Shown here: one piece after another, positions 50,562 to 60,215 of the stretch
Layout of the letters: each line of letters starts with the position of its first letter
How positions within the stretch are numbered: position 1 is the first letter of the stretch
Assembly (NCBI GenBank): GCA_022763185.1
Contig: JALEGL010000008.1
Location: 67,012-131,011 of the forward strand
Length of the DNA stretch: 64,000 nt
Reading direction: 5' to 3'
From: a bacterium
GTDB taxonomy: Bacteria; Bdellovibrionota_G; JALEGL01
Made by a program: the position numbers and the translations under genes
Notes under the pieces: model-generated
Told to the model about the DNA's origin: nothing
Database searches by the model: none
What the model saw: the letters and a program-made list of their open reading frames with translations, nothing else

Positions 50562-52001
50562 TTAAGTTGCTAAATTAAAGGTAAATGGGTAGACCACTTC
50601 TACGACACCGCCACCAGGCTTTGGAAAGGGCATTCTTCTAACCACACGTTGAATGCAACCCTCAACAGCAGCGTTATTCATGCCCGTTTCAGCAATACTG
50701 GTGCTTGTAACTCGACCCTGTAAACCAATAACAAATCTAACAACAATTTTACCTCTTAACTTAGGTTGTCGAATAACTTGTCTTTCATAGCAAGATCGAA
50801 TTTGTCCTAGGTGGTTTCTAATAATTCTTGCAATGACATCTTTGGGAATATTACCTTGGATATAAACTTCTTCATCATCGATACTAGCAGACACGGCAAC
50901 ATTTTTTTTACCTGTTCCAAAATCAGAAAGGCCTCCCATATTTTTATTTCCGCCACCTTTACCTTTAGTTCCTAAACCTTGGCCAATTGAGGCTGTATTA
51001 TTTCCTCCACCAGACGCTGATCCTCGTATACCTTTACCTTCTCTTACAGTTGTTTCACCCGGTAAACCATGTCTTGCGTTTTTGCTGCCTAGCTTATCAA
51101 TGGACTCAGTAATATTGGAGCCAGAGCCAATTAAATCATTTAAAACAGAGTTATTATTTTTACTAAAGAAACTTAAAACACCTGTTTTGTTAACATCTAC
51201 ACGGTTGGTCTTTTTGCCGGTTCTACCTTTAACTCCACGGCCTCTGCGGCCTTCTTTGCCGCCAGCCTTTGCACCGCTACCTTCTTTGCCAACATTGCCG
51301 CGCAGCTTTTTTGAACGCACTATGGCAGGTTGGTATTTTTTCATTTCTTTGTTTTGAACAACAATTTTTTTGTATTGTTTACGTATTTTTTCAGTCTTGT
51401 CTTCCAGATCAGGTTTTGGCATGACATAAGCTAAAATAAATAATGCTAAGTGAATAGCTGCTGAGACTGCAAACCATCGAACAAAATAGGGGTCCTTAAT
51501 TTGTTGTCTCCAGGAAAAAGGTATGGCCGTTTCATCTTGCGAGACGGTTTCAAAATAAATAATGACCGTATCATAAACAAGAAAGCCTTTACTTCCAATG
51601 GGAAGTGTTGATTCTTTGTAGTTTTTTTTATCTATTCCAACTTGATCTTCAACTGCAGTCAGTTGATCGCCGTATTCTAAATAACCACTGGCATCAGGCG
51701 TGATCTTTAAGGTAATGGTTCCGTCGGTGTTGAGTTTTAAGAGATCTAGTTTTTTACTGATATAGTCAGATGGTAGTTTTACAGCAGCTTTTTTATGCGC
51801 ACCAAAATACAGAAGCTCATTTTTTTGCAGCAAGGAGTCATCAACAATCTGATTAAACGCTAAAACAGTTACGCGTAAGCGAAGTTTGTCAGAATTGTGT
51901 ATGGGCACACGTTCATTTTTATCCACCTTAAAACTAATTTTTAAGGTTTCGTCATCAAATAAGATGCTTTGATTTTTACTTCTAGGTTTTAATGGCTTCA
52001 T
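50562..52001 (-). CDS. gltG: GltG/PglI (NfsG)-like TonB-family energy transducer
   Basis: TM with SxxxH motif (SAAIHLALF), G/K-rich periplasmic linker (GKEGRRG), C-terminal IRSCYE...L.GKIVVRFVI..GRV...CI...FPKPGGGVVEVVYPF. Confidence 0.85.
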   Translation of the reverse strand: MKPLKPRSKNQSILFDDETLKISFKVDKNERVPIHNSDKLRLRVTVLAFNQIVDDSLLQKNELLYFGAHKKAAVKLPSDYISKKLDLLKLNTDGTITLKITPDASGYLEYGDQLTAVEDQVGIDKKNYKESTLPIGSKGFLVYDTVIIYFETVSQDETAIPFSWRQQIKDPYFVRWFAVSAAIHLALFILAYVMPKPDLEDKTEKIRKQYKKIVVQNKEMKKYQPAIVRSKKLRGNVGKEGSGAKAGGKEGRRGRGVKGRTGKKTNRVDVNKTGVLSFFSKNNNSVLNDLIGSGSNITESIDKLGSKNARHGLPGETTVREGKGIRGSASGGGNNTASIGQGLGTKGKGGGNKNMGGLSDFGTGKKNVAVSASIDDEEVYIQGNIPKDVIARIIRNHLGQIRSCYERQVIRQPKLRGKIVVRFVIGLQGRVTSTSIAETGMNNAAVEGCIQRVVRRMPFPKPGGGVVEVVYPFTFNLAT

Positions 52002-52267
52002 TAAAAGTCCTCAACGGATCTTATAATATTGGGAATAAAGGATTCGTCAAGATTCAATAAACGTTTAAAGTAAGTTTCAGGTCTTTCTTTGACAGTTACA
52101 CCATCAGGTTTCTTAACATTTCCTAAAATATCGACTTCATCAAAGTTATAAACCGTAACTTTGGGGTTCTTTTTTGCGCCAGTACTTTGTGCAAAAACAG
52201 TTGTTACGTTGGAACAAGCAAGAACAACTATTATTGAATAAAACAATGGGCTGAGTTTTTTTTTCAT
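52001..52267 (-). CDS. cglF: GltF/CglF (NfsF)-like small periplasmic protein
   Basis: Signal peptide, TVYNFDEVDILGNVKKPDG...FKRLL...FIPNIIRSVEDF pattern; position between the TPR protein and gltG. Confidence 0.85.
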   Translation of the reverse strand: MKKKLSPLFYSIIVVLACSNVTTVFAQSTGAKKNPKVTVYNFDEVDILGNVKKPDGVTVKERPETYFKRLLNLDESFIPNIIRSVEDF

Positions 52268-55200
52268 TACTTTTCTCCTCCTAAAACTTTTGGTTTAGGT
52301 TGTTTCATGGATTGTGCCTGCCTAAGCATATTATACACTGGATGCGTTTTTGGGATAGTTTTTCCTTTTAAATTAATAAAACGCTTATAGTTTCTTATGG
52401 CAGCCTGTTTGTTTTTAAGCTTTAAATGATTAATTAAACCTAAATTAAAAGCATTTTCTGCAAAATTGGGGTTAACCATGCTGATTTCTGTAAAATGTTT
52501 GTTGGCTTCCTCAATTTGGTTTTTTGCAATTAAAGCAACACCAAGATTAAGTTTAGCACTTTGATTTAAAGCCTCAATTTTCAGTGCCTTTTGATACATT
52601 TTTATAGCATCATCAAAGTTTGCATGCTCAAGGTAAATATTGCCAAGATTAATCACGGGCTCAATTAAATTTTTATCCAAATTAATGGCTGAGTTAAACT
52701 CTTTAATAGCACTGTTATAAAACCCCATCTTTAAATAAACCATACCTAGGTTATTGAATGTTTCAGCATTTTTAGGGTTGTATTTTTTTGCTTTTTGAAA
52801 GGTTAGTTCAGCAAGCTCACTTTTCCCAGTCTCATAGTAGAGTAAGCCTAAGTTATTGATGGCATAAACATTGGTTTTATTCTTTGACATAATGCCTTGA
52901 ATGTTAACCAAAGCTTTATCCTTGTTGCCAAGCTTTCTTTGAGCAGTAATGAGGTTGTTGGCTATGGTCCAGTTGTTTTTATTTTTACGCGCAACTTCAG
53001 CAAACAGACGTAAAGCATTTTTATCATTGCTGGCCAGGGATGAATAAGCCAAGTTCAACAAAATTGATCTATCTGAAGGACGAATCAAAGAAGCATTCTC
53101 ATATGCTTGTTTTGCTTTTCTGTGCAAGTCAAGTAAGCGGTATATATCAGCTAAGCGTGTGTATGCAGACACTGCTCTTGGGTTTGCATTGATGGCGGCT
53201 TCACTTTTTCTGATCTGAGAAGATAAAGATTCTGCTGAAGAAGTTTTTGCTTGGTCAGGGACCAGAAACTCAGATCGATCAGTCACAACACTTTTTGTTT
53301 CTGGCTTCAATAGCCCCGCTTTTGAATTAAAGGCAATAAGCGGTTCATTGATAAACCATTGGATATAAGATTCACCTTGACGCTGAGGATATTTATCCGG
53401 TTTGTATTGCGTTAGGTTATCATATGCTTTAACAGTCCAGTCATTGTAAACATTAAGCTCAAAGGCTTTAGTTATTGCTTTTTCATAGGCTTCAATTGCC
53501 TTTTGCTCAATAGGTAAGGCTCTATTCTGTAGTTCCTCTTGATACATTTGCTCTTGTTCCATGCTCAATCCATTAGGAATTGGGGCGTTGAACAAGGCCA
53601 AACTGAAGTTTTGGTAAATAAGACCAACATGGTATAGAGATTTTACACCAACTTCAGCATCTCCAAGATCAATGATAGAAAAGTAATCATCTTTAAGTTC
53701 TTTTAAAAGCTTAGCTTTTCTTTCAATCGAAGAAGCAAGAGCTCTTTGAGGCATTCTAAACTTTATGGCATTGAAGGCATCAAATTTATCCTGAGTAAGC
53801 TCAAATTGCGCCTTGGCTGCGTAAGATACACCCGATTTATAGCGCTTTGCGTGCTTGACAGCTTCATTGTATGAGGCGTTTCTAGCATTGAGGTTACCAA
53901 GGTTTTTCTGGGCAAAGCCACGTCTATAAGAGGCTTCGGCAAACTTTTCTTTGTGTTTTGGGTATCGTTTCGGAAAATTATAAAAAACAGCGCTGGCTTT
54001 TTTCCAGTCTTTCATTTTTTCATAAATGAGTCCAGTTGCAAAGTAGGCATCATGAACGTCATCAGATTTTGGATAGCGACTGATGTACATCTTGTAATTT
54101 TTTAAGGACTGATCGTATTGCTTTAAGTGTTCTCTGTACAATGCAGCATTGTACAAAGCTGCTGAAGCAAGTTCAGATTTTGGAAAGCGTGTGGCCAAGA
54201 TTTCAAACTGTTCTGAAGCATTTTGATAGTCCAGTTTATTGTCAAAGTGGGTTGCCAAGGCCAAAATCATTTTAGGCACCAAGGGAGACTTTGAATAGTC
54301 TTTTAAAAAACGTCTGGATGTCTTAAGGGCAGCATTAGAATCATTACCGTTCAAATAATCAATTGCTGCGTTGTACAAGGCTTTGTCAGCAAATTTTGAT
54401 TCAGGGTATTTGTTGGCTAAGCTTTCATATTTTCTTGCGGCTTCAATAAATTTGCTTTTTTCTTCCAAGCCTTTGGCTTTTTGGAAAATAGACCCTTGAA
54501 TTAGCTCAAGCATGAGCTTTTTATTTTCTGGGGTGGCAAAGCTTTTTACACGCAGATAACTTGAAGCATATTTTTCAAGGTTGTCCCAGTCTTTTTGAAT
54601 ATTGTAAATATCTAAAATCAGGTGTCTTGAGGCATTGGCAGCGGGAGAGTTTGGATAACGCCTAATGACATCAAAGAATATTTTTTGAGCTGTATCAAAT
54701 TGATTATAGTTGTAATAAAGTTGGGCAATTTGAAAATAGACTTTTGAAGCTCGTTCATCTTTGGGATAACGTTTTTGATAAGCCGAATCAGCAGCAATTA
54801 GCCTTTTTGCATAGTTTGAAAGCGGTGTACTAGCATAGGTATCACTTTTTTTATTTTTGATTGTTTTTTCAACCGTCGCATAATAGGCTTCTTCTAGACG
54901 GCTTAGTGAATCGATTAAACCAATCAAGGCAAGTTGGTTTTTTGCACCATCTTTTTGTGCTTTAAGCATAGCCGCGTACTGCTCAGCGGACTTGTCATAA
55001 ATTTTATTTTTAAATAAGAGATTTGCGTATAAAAAACGCATTTCATAGCCATTTTTATGGTTAGCAAACCATTTTACATAATTGGCATAAAACTTCAGAG
55101 CAAGTTGCGTATAGTTTTTTGCTTTGACCTTATTAGTGGTCTCACTTTTTTGTGCCATTTCATGATGATGCTTTGATAAGAACCGTGCATAAACTTCAGA

Positions 55201-56361
55201 GCGGTTATAGGCATAGTCTAAAGAATCGCTGCGACCTTTGTTTTGTCTATGCCAGGCAGATCCAGGCAAATATCTTGGCATGAAGATTTGCATTTCACGC
55301 ATGGCGCGCTGGAGCTGCTCACTTTTTTCATAAGATTCAATAATTTTTGAGTGATGTCTGGGGGCATCAGGGTGATAAGGGTCTAAAGAAATGAGTTTCT
55401 TTAAGGCATTAACCGCTTTGTTGTACTCAGATTTTTCAAAGTAGATATTGGCTAATTTTTCAATAACCAAACGAGCATACTCAGGTTCACCGATGGATAC
55501 AAAATAGCGTCGGGCCGGTTCAATCAGACCCAGATCTGAGTAAAAGAGTATAAGATCTTTAAGCGCCTCTCTACGTAAGTTGATCTCACTTTCTTTGTCT
55601 TTAGAAATTTTAACTACTTTCTGCATGACTTTAAGGGCGCCATTAACGTTGCTTTTATTGTAGTAGCACCAAGATATCTTATACAGAGCACTGGTTTTAA
55701 ATTGATTTTCTGATTTTAAAACAACACCGTAAGCATTGATGGCTTTATTAAATGACCGGTTATTGAAATAATAATCGCCAAGAGTCATATAAGCACCGGT
55801 AGCATATTTACTTTTTGGAAAGCGCTTAATTAACAGTTTAAGGTACTTGACCGCGTCTTTTGAGTTGATTTCACTGGCATGAAAACCTGCCAAAAACAGA
55901 ACTTCATCTAAGCGGTCATAGTTTGGCGCAATTTTAACAATTTTTTTATAAAGGTTAAACGATCGTTCACCAGAAAACTTCGGCTCAACAGGTTCCTTGG
56001 CAATTTTCTTTTTTAAATAGAGATCATATCTTCGCTCAAACTCATCCATTTTTTTAAAGTATTCTGAGCGTTCATACAACCAATACAAATCAGCCATTCT
56101 AAAATAGACTTCAGCTGTCTGATTGGCTGGTTGCTTACGTTTTGCAAGTCTATTTAATAGGCGCAACTCTTCACGAATTTTTGCTGCCAATGCGGCGTCA
56201 ACCTTATAGTCTGGAATATTAAATGCCTTAAAAATAGGGTTGGATATTTGTCCAGTTCTTTGTTCAGCTTTTTTTTCAACTGCAAAAGACGGTTGAACTG
56301 GGCTGATTAAATTAAGGACTAGGCAAAGAACGAGTATTTTTTTTAAATCTGTTAAGCTCAA
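52267..56361 (-). CDS. Large TPR protein, apparent GltD(AgmU)-GltE(AglT) fusion
   Basis: GltD-like part: FRMADLYW, YDRLDEVLF, ALYKISWCYYN, LRREALKDL, many xYPxS TPRs, FNAPIP..L...QMYQEEL...PIEQKAIEAY...YNDWT...KYP; then ~330 aa of Asn-rich NNLG/NLG TPRs. Confidence 0.8.
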   Translation of the reverse strand: MSLTDLKKILVLCLVLNLISPVQPSFAVEKKAEQRTGQISNPIFKAFNIPDYKVDAALAAKIREELRLLNRLAKRKQPANQTAEVYFRMADLYWLYERSEYFKKMDEFERRYDLYLKKKIAKEPVEPKFSGERSFNLYKKIVKIAPNYDRLDEVLFLAGFHASEINSKDAVKYLKLLIKRFPKSKYATGAYMTLGDYYFNNRSFNKAINAYGVVLKSENQFKTSALYKISWCYYNKSNVNGALKVMQKVVKISKDKESEINLRREALKDLILFYSDLGLIEPARRYFVSIGEPEYARLVIEKLANIYFEKSEYNKAVNALKKLISLDPYHPDAPRHHSKIIESYEKSEQLQRAMREMQIFMPRYLPGSAWHRQNKGRSDSLDYAYNRSEVYARFLSKHHHEMAQKSETTNKVKAKNYTQLALKFYANYVKWFANHKNGYEMRFLYANLLFKNKIYDKSAEQYAAMLKAQKDGAKNQLALIGLIDSLSRLEEAYYATVEKTIKNKKSDTYASTPLSNYAKRLIAADSAYQKRYPKDERASKVYFQIAQLYYNYNQFDTAQKIFFDVIRRYPNSPAANASRHLILDIYNIQKDWDNLEKYASSYLRVKSFATPENKKLMLELIQGSIFQKAKGLEEKSKFIEAARKYESLANKYPESKFADKALYNAAIDYLNGNDSNAALKTSRRFLKDYSKSPLVPKMILALATHFDNKLDYQNASEQFEILATRFPKSELASAALYNAALYREHLKQYDQSLKNYKMYISRYPKSDDVHDAYFATGLIYEKMKDWKKASAVFYNFPKRYPKHKEKFAEASYRRGFAQKNLGNLNARNASYNEAVKHAKRYKSGVSYAAKAQFELTQDKFDAFNAIKFRMPQRALASSIERKAKLLKELKDDYFSIIDLGDAEVGVKSLYHVGLIYQNFSLALFNAPIPNGLSMEQEQMYQEELQNRALPIEQKAIEAYEKAITKAFELNVYNDWTVKAYDNLTQYKPDKYPQRQGESYIQWFINEPLIAFNSKAGLLKPETKSVVTDRSEFLVPDQAKTSSAESLSSQIRKSEAAINANPRAVSAYTRLADIYRLLDLHRKAKQAYENASLIRPSDRSILLNLAYSSLASNDKNALRLFAEVARKNKNNWTIANNLITAQRKLGNKDKALVNIQGIMSKNKTNVYAINNLGLLYYETGKSELAELTFQKAKKYNPKNAETFNNLGMVYLKMGFYNSAIKEFNSAINLDKNLIEPVINLGNIYLEHANFDDAIKMYQKALKIEALNQSAKLNLGVALIAKNQIEEANKHFTEISMVNPNFAENAFNLGLINHLKLKNKQAAIRNYKRFINLKGKTIPKTHPVYNMLRQAQSMKQPKPKVLGGEK

Positions 56362-56391
56362 GTATGTTCTCCAAACTACAAAGTAGCGCTA

Positions 56392-58065
56392 CTACTTTTT
56401 CTCTGAGGTTTTGTCCTTACATATAGACTTAAGATTATACAGGTAATAGCCGGTTTCGTCAGCCCAATATTCACCGGTGTAATCCCACCAAACCATAGAC
56501 TCTTTCAAACTGTCTGTGAACTCGGGTTTTATAAGGTTGGCATTGATATCCACTGGAGGTGCAAGGCGTAATGAGCGTGTTTGTAGAATTTTTCTTTCTG
56601 TGCTGACAATCTCATATCTTAAAAAGTCTTTTAAGGTAAAAAAGTCTTCTATTAATTGTCGGGTTTGTTTCAGCTTTTGCCCGGCTAACCAGCTGGCTTT
56701 TTGAGTCAACTCACGTTCTTTTTGTGTGATCAGGTTAATGATTAGTTTAGCGTTGTTTTGATCAAGTTTTCCTAAAAGCTCGCGTTCTTTTTGTAAAGAT
56801 TCTATATACTGGTGAATTCCCCAGAAGTCTCTATTGGCACTGGCAAGATTGAACAGGTTTCTATAGCGATAGACTAACTTTCCAGATCTTTCTCTTTGTT
56901 TGCCTGTCAAAGCGTTATAATAACGCTTGGGAGACCGGTTCTTTTTAGCAAAGTCATCAATTTGACGAGCAATTCCTTTAAACTCACCTTCAACCCCGCT
57001 AAGCGCGGTTAAAGCATCATCATACAAACATAACTCCAAAAATATAGCGCCTTTGAGTAAGTACGATTTTAAAAAGTAAACCTGTTCGTAAAAAGGAGAG
57101 TTAACTGAGTGCAAAACAGATAAAGAGGCATTAAACTGACGCATCTTAAACAAAGCCCAACTTGATTCATACAGACCTTGTGGGTAATAATTATTGTCTT
57201 TTTCAACTTTTTTGTAATAGACAATAGCCAACGGATAGTTGCGTTGCTCATAGTATATCCGGCCCAAAGCAAGATTGGCAAGCTGTTTGAGGCGAACTTC
57301 TTCATAGTAGACTTTGTTTTTGCGTTCGTTAGAGATGCTTTTATAAAACTCTATGGCTTTTGAATAACTTTCGTTTTTTATGGCAATTGCCCCTAATAAA
57401 TAGCGAGAAGCCAAATACAGGCGATTGTTTTTTGATATTGAATATAAAAGTTTAATAGCTCTTCGGTAATTTTTTTTATGATACAAGTCTTTTGCAACAA
57501 AGTAACGAAACTCTTCTTTTAATGACTTAGGAACTTTGTTGTCACTGATGGTTGATGCCAAGTATAAGATGAGTTCATCATCTTTTAAATGTTGAGCAAT
57601 GGCAATAGATTGCCGTAAGGACTCATGCGTATAAACTCGGAGCTTGTCATTTTCAACAATGTCCACATAATACAAAAGAGAGGCATAATAGGCTCCCATT
57701 TGACTTAAGCTTTTTGCAATGTAGTATTTTGAATAGCCATACTCGGGAAAAGACTTGAAACGTGAAGTATTGAGGATTTTACTGAAGATTATAAAAGACC
57801 TTTCATAGTTTTGCTTTTTATATTCTATACGACCTTCATTAAGTGTGTCGACCAGTCGGGTATACAAAGGGTTGTTCCGTACCAAACGAGATCGTTTTTC
57901 CAGTTCACGATCAATTCTTCTTTCAACCAAGTTAGACTTTTTTTGGTTTTGGCCAATCTGCTCAATGTTTTGTTTTGAGCGAGCGCAGCCTGATAAGGCA
58001 AGGCTGGCGCACAGCAGTGAAAAACCTATAAGTGAGAAGCTGGATTTGGTTTTTTTAAAAAGCAT
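56392..58065 (-). CDS. gltC: GltC (NfsC)-like TPR protein with lipoprotein signal
   Basis: Lipobox LALSGC, LANLALGRIYY, LYESSWALF, SPFY, IFLELCLY, C-terminal WDYTGEYWADETGYY....SIC. Confidence 0.82.
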   Translation of the reverse strand: MLFKKTKSSFSLIGFSLLCASLALSGCARSKQNIEQIGQNQKKSNLVERRIDRELEKRSRLVRNNPLYTRLVDTLNEGRIEYKKQNYERSFIIFSKILNTSRFKSFPEYGYSKYYIAKSLSQMGAYYASLLYYVDIVENDKLRVYTHESLRQSIAIAQHLKDDELILYLASTISDNKVPKSLKEEFRYFVAKDLYHKKNYRRAIKLLYSISKNNRLYLASRYLLGAIAIKNESYSKAIEFYKSISNERKNKVYYEEVRLKQLANLALGRIYYEQRNYPLAIVYYKKVEKDNNYYPQGLYESSWALFKMRQFNASLSVLHSVNSPFYEQVYFLKSYLLKGAIFLELCLYDDALTALSGVEGEFKGIARQIDDFAKKNRSPKRYYNALTGKQRERSGKLVYRYRNLFNLASANRDFWGIHQYIESLQKERELLGKLDQNNAKLIINLITQKERELTQKASWLAGQKLKQTRQLIEDFFTLKDFLRYEIVSTERKILQTRSLRLAPPVDINANLIKPEFTDSLKESMVWWDYTGEYWADETGYYLYNLKSICKDKTSEKK

Positions 58066-58071
58066 TATATA

Positions 58072-58806
58072 TTAGTCCTTTGGGGTTGAAGGTAAAAAGA
58101 ATGACAAACCAATGGAATAAACTCTGTTATTTGCGATCTGATTGAATGGCGCTCCTTCACGTACTGTGAAGTTTCTAAAATCAAGCTTTAAAGCTGTAGA
58201 TTGGTTTAAAAATATTTTTAAACCCGTACCCACATTGATTCCGAAGCGTTGAGATCGCTCATTGTCAAACATACCGGCACCGGCAAGAAAGTACCAGTCA
58301 AAATGGTAGATTTTTTTTGAGAATATAGCGAACTTACCATAAATTGGAGAAAAAATAAGGTTAGCAAAATAAATGTTTTTGGCTGGATCGGGAGCAGGGT
58401 CAAGATCAACACCGCAGGTTGATACGGGGTTCATCATCAAGTCAGTGACGATCAAGTTTGGAGGGCAGGGGACATTTTGTAAGTCATCAATAATGGCACG
58501 TTCTTGGTGAAAAACTCTTGAATAAGATGCTTCAATGGCAAAACCTTCTTTAATATGGAAAGTAGGTCTGATTTGCACAAACTCGTAGAACAAAAATTGG
58601 TTGTCAGCATTGATACCAAGGTCAAAACCTATTTCTGCGCGTCCTTTTTTTCTAAAAACACGTCTTTGAACAACATCGATACCTTCTTTTCTGTAAGAAC
58701 CTATGGAAGTATTGGTGTTTTTATTTTTAGTTTGTGAAACAGCGAGATTTGGTGCTGCAAAAAGTGCTGCAAGCAAAATACCAGTGAACGTTACTTTTAT
58801 ATTCAT
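58072..58806 (-). CDS. Outer-membrane beta-barrel of the gliding-motility GltA/GltB (NfsA/B) type (ORF track start 58884)
   Basis: GAGGG SD before ATG 58806, signal peptide, VVQRRVFRKKGRAE, FSPIYGKFAIF...HFDWYFLAGAG, GLSFFLP. Confidence 0.82.
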   Translation of the reverse strand: MNIKVTFTGILLAALFAAPNLAVSQTKNKNTNTSIGSYRKEGIDVVQRRVFRKKGRAEIGFDLGINADNQFLFYEFVQIRPTFHIKEGFAIEASYSRVFHQERAIIDDLQNVPCPPNLIVTDLMMNPVSTCGVDLDPAPDPAKNIYFANLIFSPIYGKFAIFSKKIYHFDWYFLAGAGMFDNERSQRFGINVGTGLKIFLNQSTALKLDFRNFTVREGAPFNQIANNRVYSIGLSFFLPSTPKD

Positions 58807-59045
58807 TATGCCCTCATGATTGATGTTTTTAGAAATATAACTTGTGGACCAATTTTTACCATGGTTCTTTGTTAAGAGTAACAAAAGCTAAAATCTTTTT
58901 CAATTTTATTGAATAAATTCAACACAATAATTGTTAAGCCCTAGAGCAAATTAAAGACCTAAAAAAGTAGACTTTTTGTAAAGTTAGCTTGAGTCAAGTC
59001 TGTTGTGCAGATAAAAGAATGGTGAGGTAAGTTTAAAAAAACTGT

Positions 59046-60044
59046 ATGCTTAATAAAACAAAACACAATACTGTAAAGCGTTCAACGGCGCACTCACAGC
59101 TTTTTCGTCAAACCAAAGCGTTTTTAAAGACGCATAAAATTTTAAATAAAAGTAAGGTTGTTGCTATTTCTGGTGGTGTAGATTCAGTCGTCTTATTTTT
59201 TATGATGGCTGAAATATCAAAGCAAGAAGACTTAGGTCTACCGCTACCTGTGTATATATCCCATCAACAAAGAGATAAAAAGGAAGAAAGTAAAGATATA
59301 GAAGTCATAGAAAAATTACTCGCACGCTATGAACTTGAACTTTGTATCAAGCCTTTAAAAGTGAAGAAGAGCATACTGTCTGAAGAGCAGTTAAGATACT
59401 TGCGTTATGATGCACTGCTTGAGTATGCGCAAGAAAAAAAATGTGAGTGTATAGTTAGTGGCCACCATGAAGATGATCAAATTGAAAATTTTTTTATTCG
59501 ACTTTTTTCTGGGGCACATTTTCAAGGTTTGTCAGGGATGGCTGAAAAGTCTAGAGAATACTTCTATAAACCTTTTTTAAATGTACCAAAAAAAACTTTG
59601 CTTAGTGTGGCAAAAGATAATGACTTGTTGTTTAATCTTGACTCTAGTAATGATGATACAGGTTTTACAAGAAATCACATCAGAAATATTTTGCTCCCAT
59701 TCTTAAGTTCACACTATGGCAACCAATACAAAACCAATATTTTAAGGTTTGCTCAAGATGCAAAGGATATTGTAAATCACCTAAAGTCAGATGTTGATGA
59801 CATGCTTCGAGTTAGTAAAATAGAAGAGGGATGTTTTTTAAGAAAACCTTTGTTGGTTTTTTCAGATTTGCAATTAAAGTTTTTTTTTAGATTTATCTTT
59901 GATGAAAAAAGCGATCAACTTAATGCTGATCAACTCAGCGCAATGGTTCACTTGTTACGTAAAGGTGAGGGCTATTACAGCTTGACCAACAAAGCTATCT
60001 ATAAAGTCCAAGAAGATAAAATATCAGTTCAATACAGAACTTGA
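59046..60044 (+). CDS. tilS: tRNA(Ile)-lysidine synthetase, short divergent form
   Basis: PP-loop AISGGVDS, RYLRY, GHHEDDQIE, DSSN...RNHIR; directly upstream of ftsH. Confidence 0.9.
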   Translation: MLNKTKHNTVKRSTAHSQLFRQTKAFLKTHKILNKSKVVAISGGVDSVVLFFMMAEISKQEDLGLPLPVYISHQQRDKKEESKDIEVIEKLLARYELELCIKPLKVKKSILSEEQLRYLRYDALLEYAQEKKCECIVSGHHEDDQIENFFIRLFSGAHFQGLSGMAEKSREYFYKPFLNVPKKTLLSVAKDNDLLFNLDSSNDDTGFTRNHIRNILLPFLSSHYGNQYKTNILRFAQDAKDIVNHLKSDVDDMLRVSKIEEGCFLRKPLLVFSDLQLKFFFRFIFDEKSDQLNADQLSAMVHLLRKGEGYYSLTNKAIYKVQEDKISVQYRT

Positions 60045-60215
60045 TTAATTGTTTGTATGAGCTCAGACTTATCTAAAAAAATATGGGTAAAATTGAAAAT
60101 ACAAAAGCAACAAAAAAAATAAACGGTTAAAGAACTTAATACTGTATTTTATAATCGTAATGTTAGATAAAGTAGAACACAGTTTAGTTTTAAACATTCT
60201 TATGAGAGGTATGTT

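Noticed and set aside
59046..60044. TilS as a pseudogene (RPLL changed to KPFL, no C-terminal domain)
   Set aside because: Frame is intact, PP-loop and other core motifs are retained, and short TilS forms are known.
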